Positions 48,442 to 56,942 of a DNA stretch of 56,942 bases are shown piece by piece (the stretch's first letter is position 1; the number at the start of each line of letters is the position of its first letter). Source of the stretch: Cyclobacteriaceae bacterium HetDA_MAG_MS6 (GTDB taxonomy: Bacteria; Bacteroidota; Bacteroidia; Cytophagales; Cyclobacteriaceae); the NCBI GenBank assembly GCA_019192485.1, contig JAHCMJ010000001.1:1-56942 (forward strand). The letters are read 5' to 3'. Made by a program: the position numbers and the translations under genes. The notes under the pieces were generated by a model that was not told the origin of the DNA, ran no database searches, and was given only the letters and a program-made list of their open reading frames with translations.

Positions 48442-50238
48442 ATGATCAAAATGAAACATTTCAACCTAGCGATTGCACTTCTCTTAAGTGCTGCTTTCTT
48501 TTCTGGTTGTACTTTGCAGAAAATGGTAAAGCTGGCCGCAGATCAAGATCTACAGGTTGATCCTAATCCACTTGAAGTACATGGAGGAAAAGTACCTTTT
48601 GCGGTTTCTGCCGTTTTGCCTCCTAAGATGTTGCCAAAAGGCAAGGTTTATACCCTTACCACCATCTATAAGTACGGTGATCAATCAGTTGAAGTGGGTT
48701 CCGTAGAGTTCAAAGCTGATGACTTCCCAAACAGCAGTACTTCACCTTCGAGAAAAAGCGAAGATTTCTCTTTCAACTACCAGGATGGCATGAATCCGGG
48801 CAAGCTTTTCTTGAAAGGTACAGCTAAAGATCCGAGAAACGGCAAGACTCTGGATGGTCCTGAAATGGAAGTGGCCCCAGGTCTAATCGTTACTTCAATG
48901 GCTGTTAAAGATGTTTACCTTGCTTCATTTGCAGATCATGGTTACAATGATCAAGAAGAACTTATTCCGACTAACGTTAATTTCTTCTTCCCGCAGGGTA
49001 GCTCTGTATTAAGTTCAGGACTGAAAGTGGACGGTGAGACTAACCGTGCCAAGCAAAGCAATCTTTCTGCTTTCATAGCAGAGAAAAATGTAACGAAAAC
49101 AGTAACTATAACAGGTACTCACTCTCCTGAAGGTAGCGAAAGAATCAACAGTGGCCTTTCTAATGACAGAGCCAAGAGAATTGAAAGCTACTATAGAAAA
49201 CAAATGCGCCGATACGACTACAAAGGCTTAGCAGACTCTATTGAGTTTATCTTGAAGCCAGTAGTAGAAGATTGGGCTGCATTCAAAGCTGCATTGAGAG
49301 AATATGAAGGTGTTTCTGATGACGCTAAGAGCCAAATGACCAGAATAGTAGATGGTACTGGTACATTCGAAGACAAAGAGAAACAACTTCAGAAAATAGA
49401 CGGATATAAGAAGGTATTTGATGACCTATATCCTGGCTTACGTTCCGCAAAAACAGAAATACTGACTGTTAAGCCTAAGAAGTCCGCTGCTGAGATTGCC
49501 GTATTATCAAAACTTATCGTTTCTGGCGATGCTAAGCCTGATACGCTATCTGATGAGGAGTTCTTGTACTCAGCTACTTTGACACCTTCTCTGGAAGAAA
49601 AAGAAGCTATCTACATGGCGGCTACAAAAAGAGGTGGTAGCTGGATTGCCCACAACAACCTCGCTGCTGCTTATCTAGCAAAAGCTAAGGCTGGTGAAGG
49701 TGATAAGAACAAGCTTGTAGAAGATGCGCTGACTCAACTTGAGATCGCTGCCAACAAAAACAAAACAGCCGAAGTAGCTGCTAACATGGGGTCTGGATAC
49801 TTGATGCAAGGTGAGTATTCCAAAGCTTACGAAGCTCTTGGAGAAGCTGAGTCACTTTCTCCTTCAAACAACCTAAAAGCTGAAATCAATGGCTTAAAAG
49901 GTGCTATCGAGATTAGAATGGGTGAGTACGACAAAGCGAAAGCTTCTTTTGCCAATGCTAAATCAGCAGATAAAGTGAACTTTGACAGAGGTCTTGTTAA
50001 CTTGCTTTCTAAAGATTATGCAGCTGCCAACACCGGCTTTGACGGTGCTACTGATGGAACTATCGCGGCAGATGCATACTACTACAAAGCTGTAACCGCC
50101 GCCCGCTCAGGAAACGCTTCCGATGTGATCAGCAATCTGAAAGAAGCAGTAGCTAAAGACAGCGACCTGAAAGACAAAGCACTTAACGACCTTGAGTTTG
50201 TTAACTTTGCTGACGCTGTAGGACAAGCTATCCGCTAA
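48442..50238 (+). CDS. Lipoprotein with a degenerate OmpA-like segment and C-terminal TPR-like repeats
   Basis: 598 aa. Lipobox FSGC. TITGTHSPEGSERINSGLSNDRAKRIESYY resembles the OmpA C-domain peptidoglycan-binding motif. The C-terminal third is Ala-rich and TPR-like. Confidence 0.7.
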   Translation: MIKMKHFNLAIALLLSAAFFSGCTLQKMVKLAADQDLQVDPNPLEVHGGKVPFAVSAVLPPKMLPKGKVYTLTTIYKYGDQSVEVGSVEFKADDFPNSSTSPSRKSEDFSFNYQDGMNPGKLFLKGTAKDPRNGKTLDGPEMEVAPGLIVTSMAVKDVYLASFADHGYNDQEELIPTNVNFFFPQGSSVLSSGLKVDGETNRAKQSNLSAFIAEKNVTKTVTITGTHSPEGSERINSGLSNDRAKRIESYYRKQMRRYDYKGLADSIEFILKPVVEDWAAFKAALREYEGVSDDAKSQMTRIVDGTGTFEDKEKQLQKIDGYKKVFDDLYPGLRSAKTEILTVKPKKSAAEIAVLSKLIVSGDAKPDTLSDEEFLYSATLTPSLEEKEAIYMAATKRGGSWIAHNNLAAAYLAKAKAGEGDKNKLVEDALTQLEIAANKNKTAEVAANMGSGYLMQGEYSKAYEALGEAESLSPSNNLKAEINGLKGAIEIRMGEYDKAKASFANAKSADKVNFDRGLVNLLSKDYAAANTGFDGATDGTIAADAYYYKAVTAARSGNASDVISNLKEAVAKDSDLKDKALNDLEFVNFADAVGQAIR

Positions 50239-50262
50239 ATCAGAAAAAAATATTGACAACTT

Positions 50263-50290
50263 AAAAGCCTCCTCAATGGGGGCTTTTTTT
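50263..50290 (+). terminator. Rho-independent terminator
   Basis: AAAAGCCTCC (50263-50272) pairs with GGGGGCTTTT (50278-50287) with one G-U pair, the loop is TCAAT, and the T-run continues to 50290. Confidence 0.65.
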
Positions 50291-50356
50291 ATGTTTCATC
50301 GTCTCAACTTTAGTGCTTAGTACTTAATTTAGTGGCGCGAAAAATCAACTGTATAA

Positions 50357-51334
50357 ATGCGAGAAATACAATTCAGAGAAGCTCTAGGAGAAGCCATGTC
50401 AGAAGAGATGAGAAGAGATGAGAAGATCTTCCTTATGGGCGAAGAAGTGGCAGAATACAACGGCGCGTACAAAGTGAGTCAGGGAATGCTGGATGAATTC
50501 GGCGCCAAACGAGTTATTGATACGCCTATTGCTGAGTTGGGCTTTGCAGGCGTGGGTGTTGGGGCTGCTATGAATGGCTTGCGTCCCATCATTGAATTTA
50601 TGACCTTCAATTTCTCGCTGGTAGCAATTGATCAAGTTATCAACAGTGCGGCCAAAACAATGTCCATGTCTGGCGGCCAGTATAATGTACCCATTGTATT
50701 TAGAGGCCCTACTGGCAACGCAGGTCAACTGAGCTCTCAGCACTCTCAAAACTTTGAGAACTGGTATGCGAATACCTCTGGACTAAAAGTAGTCGTGCCT
50801 TCTAACCCTTACGATGCCAAAGGCCTCTTAAAATCAGCAATTCGTGACGACGACCCCACAATTTTCATGGAGTCTGAGCTGATGTACGGAGACAAAGGAG
50901 CCGTACCTGAAGAAGAGTATATCCTCCCGATTGGGGAAGCTAATATCACCAGGAATGGAGATTCAGTAACGCTAATCTCTTTTGGAAAAATGATGAAGGT
51001 AGTCAATGAGGCTGCAGACGAGCTAGCAAAAGATGGCATAAATGCAGAAGTGATCGACTTGAGATCAGTTAGACCTATTGACTATCCTACAATCATAGAA
51101 TCTGTAAAGAAGACCAACAGGTTAGTCATCGTGGAAGAGGCATGGCCATTGGCTTCCATTTCAACGGACATTAGTCATCAGGTACAGCGACACGCTTTTG
51201 ATCACTTGGATGCCCCAATTCACAGGGTAAATAGTAGAGACCTTCCACTACCATATGCTCCCACTCTAATTGAGGAGATATTACCAAACGTGAAACGTAC
51301 GATAGAAGCGGTAAAATCTGTTACATACGCTTAA
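50357..51334 (+). CDS. pdhB: Pyruvate dehydrogenase complex E1 component, beta subunit (alpha-ketoacid dehydrogenase beta)
   Basis: 325 aa. GEEVAEYNGAYKVSQGMLDEFG, RVIDTPIAELGFAG, and the transketolase C-terminal domain. No E1 alpha gene is adjacent. Confidence 0.92.
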   Translation: MREIQFREALGEAMSEEMRRDEKIFLMGEEVAEYNGAYKVSQGMLDEFGAKRVIDTPIAELGFAGVGVGAAMNGLRPIIEFMTFNFSLVAIDQVINSAAKTMSMSGGQYNVPIVFRGPTGNAGQLSSQHSQNFENWYANTSGLKVVVPSNPYDAKGLLKSAIRDDDPTIFMESELMYGDKGAVPEEEYILPIGEANITRNGDSVTLISFGKMMKVVNEAADELAKDGINAEVIDLRSVRPIDYPTIIESVKKTNRLVIVEEAWPLASISTDISHQVQRHAFDHLDAPIHRVNSRDLPLPYAPTLIEEILPNVKRTIEAVKSVTYA

Positions 51335-51393
51335 AAGCGATGAACTGAAGCAAATTCTAAGTTTAGCAGATGGGTGATGGATTGAGGAAAGGG

Positions 51394-52716
51394 TCACCCA
51401 TTAAGTAAGTTGCCTAATGCTTTGGCACCTCCCATCTTGTTCATCGTCTTCATCATCTTACGCATCTGAGCAAACTGCTTGAGTAGTTGATTGACTTCCT
51501 GTATAGATGTCCCACTTCCATTAGCAATTCGTTGTCTTCTACTACCATCGATAATGTCGGGATTCTCCCGCTCTTTGGGAGTCATAGACTTAATGATCGC
51601 CTCAACAGGTTTCAATTGATCATCGTCTATATCAATGTCCTTGACAGCTTTACCAACACCGGGAATCATGCCCATCAAGTCCTTTAGGCTACCCATCTTC
51701 TTGATTTGCTCCATTTGCTTCAGAAAATCATCAAAACCGAATTGATTCTTCTTGATCTTCTTATTGAGCTTTCGGGCCTCTTCTTGATCAAAATTTTGCT
51801 GAGCACGCTCGACTAACGTCAATACATCACCCATTCCCAGGATTCTATTCGCCATCCTATCGGGATGGAACAAGTCGATAGCATCCATCTTCTCACCTGT
51901 ACTGATATACTTGATAGGCTTCGTAACCTCTTTCCTTACGGAAAGTGCCGCCCCACCCCGGGTATCGCCATCTAACTTGGTAAGGACAACACCATCAAAA
52001 TTGAGACGTTCATTAAAAACCCTAGCAGTATTGACCGCATCCTGGCCTGTCATAGCATCCACTACAAAAAGCGTCTCGGAAGGATTGATTGCCTTCTTGA
52101 CAGCTTCAATCTCATTCATCATCTCCTCATCCACAGCCAATCGACCTGCGGTATCGATGATGATAGATTTCTTGCCATTTTCTTTGGCATATTTAACGGC
52201 ACTCTTCGCTATGGCTACTGCATCTTTATTGTCAGGCTCAGCATACACTTCTACTCCAATCTGCTCGCCAAGTACCTTGAGCTGATCAATTGCCGCTGGT
52301 CGGTAAATGTCGCAAGCGGCCAGAAGGACAGATTTGCCTTGTTTCATAATAAGATTAGCCAACTTCCCAGAGAAAGTGGTCTTACCAGAGCCTTGGAGTC
52401 CAGAAATAAGAATAGTATTGGGATTACCATCCAGGTTTACTGGAGTATGAGTCTCACCCATAAGCGTAGTAAGCTCCTCAGCAACAATCTTCGTCAAAAG
52501 CTGCCCAGGAGAAACTGCAATAAGGACATCGCGACCAAGGGCCTTTTCCTTGATGTTGTCAGTAACTTCTTTAGACACCTTATAATTGACATCAGCGTCG
52601 ATCAAGGCTCTCCTGATTTCCTTGACAGTGCTGGCTACATTGATCTCTGTGATCTTACCCTGGCCCTTTAGGGTTTTAAAGGCCTTGTCAAGCTTTGTAC
52701 TTAAATTATCAAACAT
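51394..52716 (-). CDS. ffh: Signal recognition particle protein
   Basis: 440 aa. N domain, G domain (GLQGSGKTT, DTAGR, TKLDG) and a Met-rich M domain. Confidence 0.97.
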   Translation of the reverse strand: MFDNLSTKLDKAFKTLKGQGKITEINVASTVKEIRRALIDADVNYKVSKEVTDNIKEKALGRDVLIAVSPGQLLTKIVAEELTTLMGETHTPVNLDGNPNTILISGLQGSGKTTFSGKLANLIMKQGKSVLLAACDIYRPAAIDQLKVLGEQIGVEVYAEPDNKDAVAIAKSAVKYAKENGKKSIIIDTAGRLAVDEEMMNEIEAVKKAINPSETLFVVDAMTGQDAVNTARVFNERLNFDGVVLTKLDGDTRGGAALSVRKEVTKPIKYISTGEKMDAIDLFHPDRMANRILGMGDVLTLVERAQQNFDQEEARKLNKKIKKNQFGFDDFLKQMEQIKKMGSLKDLMGMIPGVGKAVKDIDIDDDQLKPVEAIIKSMTPKERENPDIIDGSRRQRIANGSGTSIQEVNQLLKQFAQMRKMMKTMNKMGGAKALGNLLNG

Positions 52717-53233
52717 CTAATCTATACCTTCGGTAAGGGCACAAAATTAACCATATTGAATTTGAGTTAATCACAACTATCCTAAGCATTTTTTGAATAC
52801 CATGTGACATTGTATGGCCCGTTGCCATATCGATAACATAGTCTTGAGCAGGCTTTTCTTTGGACCAGCTTTTGGATCCTGCTCCAAACAATTAAGATCA
52901 GATCAAATACGAGTTGCAGTCAGGTGTATGTGCGTAGCTTGGATATGAGTAAAATATAAAGGGCGGTAGTTCCGTCTGAACAATCGCCCTTTTCAACATT
53001 AAGAATCAGCTATAGTTACTCACTATTTGAAAGCAAACATATCCATGGTCCTCTATTTGCACTGGCCATTTTAGATCAACCCCTACTTTCAACAACTTAA
53101 CTAGACGTTTGACTCGATAAGACACCCCTGATCTCCTGCGAAATTCATATTTCAATAGAAGATGTAACCTTTCTATTTCAAACTAGTATTATTTATATAT
53201 AAGTACCTTGCATTACCAAATAATCAAAAACTC

Positions 53234-53710
53234 ATGAAATCATTTGTACTACACTCTTTACTGGCAGCGGTCGCCTTAACCCTTTGTTCCTTTTCAACTA
53301 CTGCACAATCCAAGATTAAGGAAAAGGATATCATAGGTACCTGGAAGCTCTACATTGCTTACGAGGACGAAATGGAAGAGGAAATAGACGAAGAAGAAAG
53401 CGTATTGGGAAAAATTCTACTAAAAAGTGTCTCCGGATTTGTAGAAGGCTTACTCGATAATATAGAAATCTATTTCGAGTTTGAAGAAAACAACCGAGCA
53501 CGCATCACTGTCAGTGCTTTTGGTTCGGAAGAGATCGAGTATACCGAATGGCGAATCAACCGACGAGGTGAATTGATATTGGAAGATGGTGGTAATGTAA
53601 ATGTCGGAGACGACGATATCTGGTTGCTAGAAAATGGCAGACTCGTTGCTTATGATAGGGGTGGACATGACAAAGATCAGGACGATATTTATATGATTCG
53701 GGTGAATTAA
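53234..53710 (+). CDS. Hypothetical secreted protein (lipocalin-like, acidic insert)
   Basis: 158 aa. Signal peptide ending TTAQ. The GTWKL start is typical of lipocalin-like domains, and there is an acidic stretch EDEMEEEIDEEE. Confidence 0.6.
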   Translation: MKSFVLHSLLAAVALTLCSFSTTAQSKIKEKDIIGTWKLYIAYEDEMEEEIDEEESVLGKILLKSVSGFVEGLLDNIEIYFEFEENNRARITVSAFGSEEIEYTEWRINRRGELILEDGGNVNVGDDDIWLLENGRLVAYDRGGHDKDQDDIYMIRVN

Positions 53711-53985
53711 TGGAAATACCAAAAATCAGGTATTGCTTTTAACAAGCAGGCGGCTTAGATTTGTAATTCGTAATTACTTGATGTTTTCATTGAGTGATTC
53801 ACAACTAAGTCGCCACAGTCATGTCACGAAGACAACGTATATCTACCTTTTTGGTAAAGGTAATTGTCTACTCTATTCTCATGTTTTTCCTGGGATTTAA
53901 CGGAGGGAACAGGGTAGAGAAAATGATTACTAATAGCATCAGCAGCCTTCATTTTTCATTATTCACGCCCTAAATACAATACCTC

Positions 53986-54456
53986 TTATTTCTTTAAAAT
54001 AGATTTGAGGTCTGCAGGTGAGTAATTGATAGATTTAAGTGTTTTGTTGTCGCCTTCACGGTATACCAAGTATTTTCCGTCTACTTCCTTATAATAGCAA
54101 GGCGTATTTCTCTTGGTGCTATAATATTCGACAGTATCCTCTGCCTCTTTTACTGTTTCACATGCTTTGCTCATATTAGACCGCTGTACTTCTTCAAACA
54201 AGGTCCTGAACTTTTCTCCCAAACCAAACTCTAGTACTGCTCCTGACAATACATATTGAATGTCACATAAAGCATCAGCCACTTCCACAAGATCGCCATC
54301 TTGTATGGCCTCCTCAAGCTCTTTCAGTTCTTCTGATATCAAAGACACTCTAAGCGAACATCTCTCCGGTGACGGAATCTGTGGCTCATCCAAGATTGGA
54401 TGTTTAAAAGTTTTGTGAAAAGAGGCTACCTGATTTAGGGGATCAATTTTATCCAT
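53986..54456 (-). CDS. MazG-like nucleoside triphosphate pyrophosphohydrolase family protein
   Basis: 156 aa. The all-alpha NTP-PPase pattern is present: RVSLISEELKELEEAI..GDLVEVADALCDIQYVLSGAVLEFG...EVQRSNMSK. Confidence 0.75.
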   Translation of the reverse strand: MDKIDPLNQVASFHKTFKHPILDEPQIPSPERCSLRVSLISEELKELEEAIQDGDLVEVADALCDIQYVLSGAVLEFGLGEKFRTLFEEVQRSNMSKACETVKEAEDTVEYYSTKRNTPCYYKEVDGKYLVYREGDNKTLKSINYSPADLKSILKK

Positions 54457-54478
54457 GTTAAGTTAAAACTATAATGTA

Positions 54479-54562
54479 CTAAAGATTTTTCTTCTCCTTA
54501 CGGATTGCCAGAGTCAAGAAGTAGAGAAAGCCTCCGACTACTATTAACAGATTGACGCACAT
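54479..54562 (-). CDS. Candidate 27-aa single-TM peptide downstream of the NSS transporter (MetS-like small subunit?)
   Basis: Not in the ORF track. Hand translation: MCVNLLIVVGGFLYFLTLAIRKEKKNL. The ATG lies 20 nt after the transporter stop, and the peptide's stop lies 22 nt before the MazG-like ATG. It has a hydrophobic core and a basic C-tail. This is a tentative call. Confidence 0.35.
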   Translation of the reverse strand: MCVNLLIVVGGFLYFLTLAIRKEKKNL

Positions 54563-54582
54563 GCTAATAATGGACAAACTAC

Positions 54583-56085
54583 TCATTGCTTGGCAAATTT
54601 TTTGTATAGGAATGCGTTGATCGACAGCCCTACGATTAATACCAGCCCCCATTGAGTGACAATAGAGGCATTGCTATATACATCCAACAGGTGCCAACGT
54701 CCATTTTCATCAAACCAGGGATAACTACTGTACCCTTGAGACATCCACCAATAGATCAACACCACGCCTATCAGTAGATTGATATAAACAAAAACAGAAA
54801 AATAGACATTGGAAATCCTGATATCGGAGTCTCCATCAATAAATGCTTTTTTGAATGCTATGGGCCCATGCAGGGCTACAGCAAATAAGATAAAAAGTCC
54901 GGTGAGTATGAGGCCAAGCCCCCAGACCCAGTCCTGATTGGTGAAGTAGTCTAAGGAATAGGCTGAAGGAAAACCAAACAACACAAAGAGTAGTAACACA
55001 AAAACGATAGACTGACGGCGGGTAATGCCAAGGTCGAGGATATTTCGTTGTAGCAATTCGATCATAGGAAGAAATGAGCTAAAGGCAGCCACGAAAAGCG
55101 CCAAGAAGAACACAACTGCCAAAAATTCTCCAGCCGGTAACTCACTGAACAACTTGGGAATAATAGTAAAGGTCAAAGCCTGGTTGCCACTTTGCAGATA
55201 GCTAATTGCAGCTTGATCACTAGCAGATAGGGCAAATACTGCTGGAAGGATGGCCATCCCCGATAAAAGCGAGGCAGTATTATTGCCAAATGCCCCAATA
55301 AATGTATTCAATGTCACGTCTTCTCCGGATCTCGAGTATGAGGATAGTGTCATCATAAGACCCCACCCTGCGCCAGTTGACCAGGCCGATTGTGATAGTG
55401 CCTCAATCCATATCTTAGGGTTGCTGAAATGATCAAAATCAACAGCAAACATATACTCAAGTCCACGTAGACCATTCTCCATGTTGAGCACCACCAGTAC
55501 AATCAAAAACAATAAGACAAACAAGCTAGGTATCAACACCTTATTGGCTCGCTCCAGCCCTCTTTCTATTCCTCTGGCTAGCAAGACTATTCCAGTAACT
55601 ACAACCAGTATGAAGATGACAATGGTGACCCAGTTGCCATTAGAAATCACTGCCCAAAAACCATCAAGCCAGTTAGCATCAACTGACAGTTTTTCCCTCA
55701 ACGTGGGGCCTCCTGATATAGTATCAAACAAATTTCCAAATGAAAATCCCAGGTAACGAAGCGCCCAGGAAGTGACTACTGCATAGTAAAAAGCTATTCC
55801 CAGGGTACAAATGGTAATGAAAAAGCCCAGGAAAGTATACTTCTTGCCGGCAAACCTGGCATAGGATCCAATCACGCCATTTCTGAATTGCTTGCCTATA
55901 GCGAACTCGCTCAAAAGCAAAGGAATGGACCAGACAAACAGAAAAACAATCCAAAGGATAATGAAAGCGCCACCATATTGTCCGGCTAACCTTGGGAAAC
56001 GCCACAGGTTGCCCGCTCCAATAGCCATACCCAAGGAGGCAAGTACTATCCCCCAGCGACTACTAAACTGTTCCGTTTTAGACAT
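54583..56085 (-). CDS. Sodium-dependent transporter, neurotransmitter:sodium symporter (NSS/SNF) family
   Basis: 500 aa, about 12 TM. N-terminal signature WGIVLASLGMAIGAGNLWRFPRLAGQYGGAFI. Confidence 0.92.
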   Translation of the reverse strand: MSKTEQFSSRWGIVLASLGMAIGAGNLWRFPRLAGQYGGAFIILWIVFLFVWSIPLLLSEFAIGKQFRNGVIGSYARFAGKKYTFLGFFITICTLGIAFYYAVVTSWALRYLGFSFGNLFDTISGGPTLREKLSVDANWLDGFWAVISNGNWVTIVIFILVVVTGIVLLARGIERGLERANKVLIPSLFVLLFLIVLVVLNMENGLRGLEYMFAVDFDHFSNPKIWIEALSQSAWSTGAGWGLMMTLSSYSRSGEDVTLNTFIGAFGNNTASLLSGMAILPAVFALSASDQAAISYLQSGNQALTFTIIPKLFSELPAGEFLAVVFFLALFVAAFSSFLPMIELLQRNILDLGITRRQSIVFVLLLFVLFGFPSAYSLDYFTNQDWVWGLGLILTGLFILFAVALHGPIAFKKAFIDGDSDIRISNVYFSVFVYINLLIGVVLIYWWMSQGYSSYPWFDENGRWHLLDVYSNASIVTQWGLVLIVGLSINAFLYKKFAKQ

Positions 56086-56137
56086 TGACCAGTACTACCA
56101 ATGTCGCCAAAGATATGGAATCTTTTCAGACCATTCT

Positions 56138-56942
56138 CTACTCGTCTTTGAGCGTGGTAGCCGGGTTGATCAGTGCGGAAGTAATAGTACGATGACTGAT
56201 CGTCACTAAAGCAATAATCAAAGTAGCTAAGAAGGCAAAGACAAAAAAGTCAAGGCCAATGCTTATTCTATAAGAATAACTCTGGAGCCAGTTATCTAAA
56301 GTAAAATAGGCTATAGGACAAGCGACGATAAAAGCGATCAACATCAGGGAAATAGTCTCCTTTGAAAACAAGCCAAGTATATTAAGGGCGGAGGCTCCTA
56401 AAACCTTTCGTACACCTATTTCTTTCACTCTATTGAGTGCTACAAATGAAATCAAACCATAAAGCCCCAAACATCCGATGACAATAGAAATCAATGAGAA
56501 TATGCGCATCAAGGTTGAAATGCTCTCCTCCAACTCATAGCGTTCTCTAATCTGGTCATCCAAAAAGTCAAAAGAAGTAACATACTCAGGGTAGATTTCT
56601 TCCCAAGTAGCTCTAAAATAATCCAAAGCTGCCTTAATACCCGATTTGGAAGTACTAGAAGTCTTAAAAGACACCTCGTAAAATACAGAAGGATCATAGA
56701 TTAGCAGCGTATACGTGAGCTCCTCATCCAGGGAGTAGGTATGAAAATTCTCTACTACACCTACGATAGTTTTATCACCCTTCCATCCTGAGCTCAGTTT
56801 CTCCCCAATGACCTCGCCATACCTATCCTTAAATCCCATGAGGTCCGCGACCTTGCGATTGATTACAGTGTGTTTAGCACTATCCTCTTTGCTGAGAAAG
56901 TTTCCGGCTAGTAGTTCCAAATCAAAAAAATCCTGGTACCGC
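56138..56942 (-). CDS. ABC transporter permease, FtsX/MacB-like, C-terminal part; the gene runs off the right edge
   Basis: The frame stays open upstream of the track's TTG at 56920 (...RYQDFFDLELLAGNFLSKED...), which matches the MacB-like periplasmic domain. The C-terminus has the FtsX 3-4 TM module (IGVRKVLGAS motif). Confidence 0.85.
   Translation of the reverse strand, partial: RYQDFFDLELLAGNFLSKEDSAKHTVINRKVADLMGFKDRYGEVIGEKLSSGWKGDKTIVGVVENFHTYSLDEELTYTLLIYDPSVFYEVSFKTSSTSKSGIKAALDYFRATWEEIYPEYVTSFDFLDDQIRERYELEESISTLMRIFSLISIVIGCLGLYGLISFVALNRVKEIGVRKVLGASALNILGLFSKETISLMLIAFIVACPIAYFTLDNWLQSYSYRISIGLDFFVFAFLATLIIALVTISHRTITSALINPATTLKDE

Noticed and set aside
52709-52891. 60-aa minus-strand ORF overlapping the ffh start
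   Set aside because: It overlaps the ffh initiation region in another frame and has no recognisable features.
53821-53973. 50-aa + strand ORF (MSRRQRISTFLVKVIVYSILMFFLGF...) in the 275-bp gap before the MazG-like gene
   Set aside because: It has one plausible TM segment, but I have no conservation or context evidence, and it converges directly on the end of the next gene. That is too weak to call.
1-56942. Window-wide search for CRISPR repeats, tRNA/rRNA/tmRNA/SRP RNA signatures, IS elements, integrases and phage genes
   Set aside because: None was recognised by eye. No regularly spaced direct repeats, no T-loop GTTCGAATC-type motifs, and no transposase or integrase ORFs.

Overview
This looks like a chromosomal segment from a Bacteroidota genome. 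T9SS type-B sorting domain, FISUMP, DUF5107, CarboxypepD_reg-type TonB receptors and TPR sensor kinases point to a Cytophagales-like lineage, and the sequence is moderately AT-rich by eye; the taxon is inferred, not proven. I support about 45 protein-coding genes, including four not in the ORF track: a truncated efflux adaptor at 1-348, a 43-aa DUF2256 zinc-ribbon gene at 3992-4123, a tentative 27-aa membrane peptide at 54479-54562, and the true extent of the FtsX permease at the right edge. I saw no rRNA, tRNA, CRISPR array, integrase, transposase or prophage genes. Housekeeping genes include gltB-gltD, hisS, ffh, pdhB, a YbaB/EbfC gene, mltB, a GT2 glycosyltransferase and an NSS transporter. 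Accessory and less ordinary content, left to right: (1) a tetR / membrane-anchored class III cyclase / efflux-adaptor gene string in which each gene is preceded by a copy of the palindrome AATGACTATnnGTCATT. (2) Divergent from it, a UV/blue-light island with three cryptochrome/photolyase-family paralogues plus coupled TIGR03643-like and DUF2256 genes. (3) A tightly coupled TonB receptor / PepSY / TonB receptor / DJ-1 lipoprotein operon. (4) A DUF5107 / sugar-porter / AraC locus. (5) A TPR histidine kinase with a LuxR-type response regulator. (6) A 1000-aa TerB-like / ABC-G fusion transporter overlapping a YdcF gene. (7) An NSS transporter / mini-peptide / MazG-like string. I cannot show from sequence alone that any of these is a new system. 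The best candidate is the operator-triplicated TetR-cyclase-efflux module with non-canonical cyclase specificity residues next to the photolyase island. All family calls rest on motif recognition by eye, with no database search.
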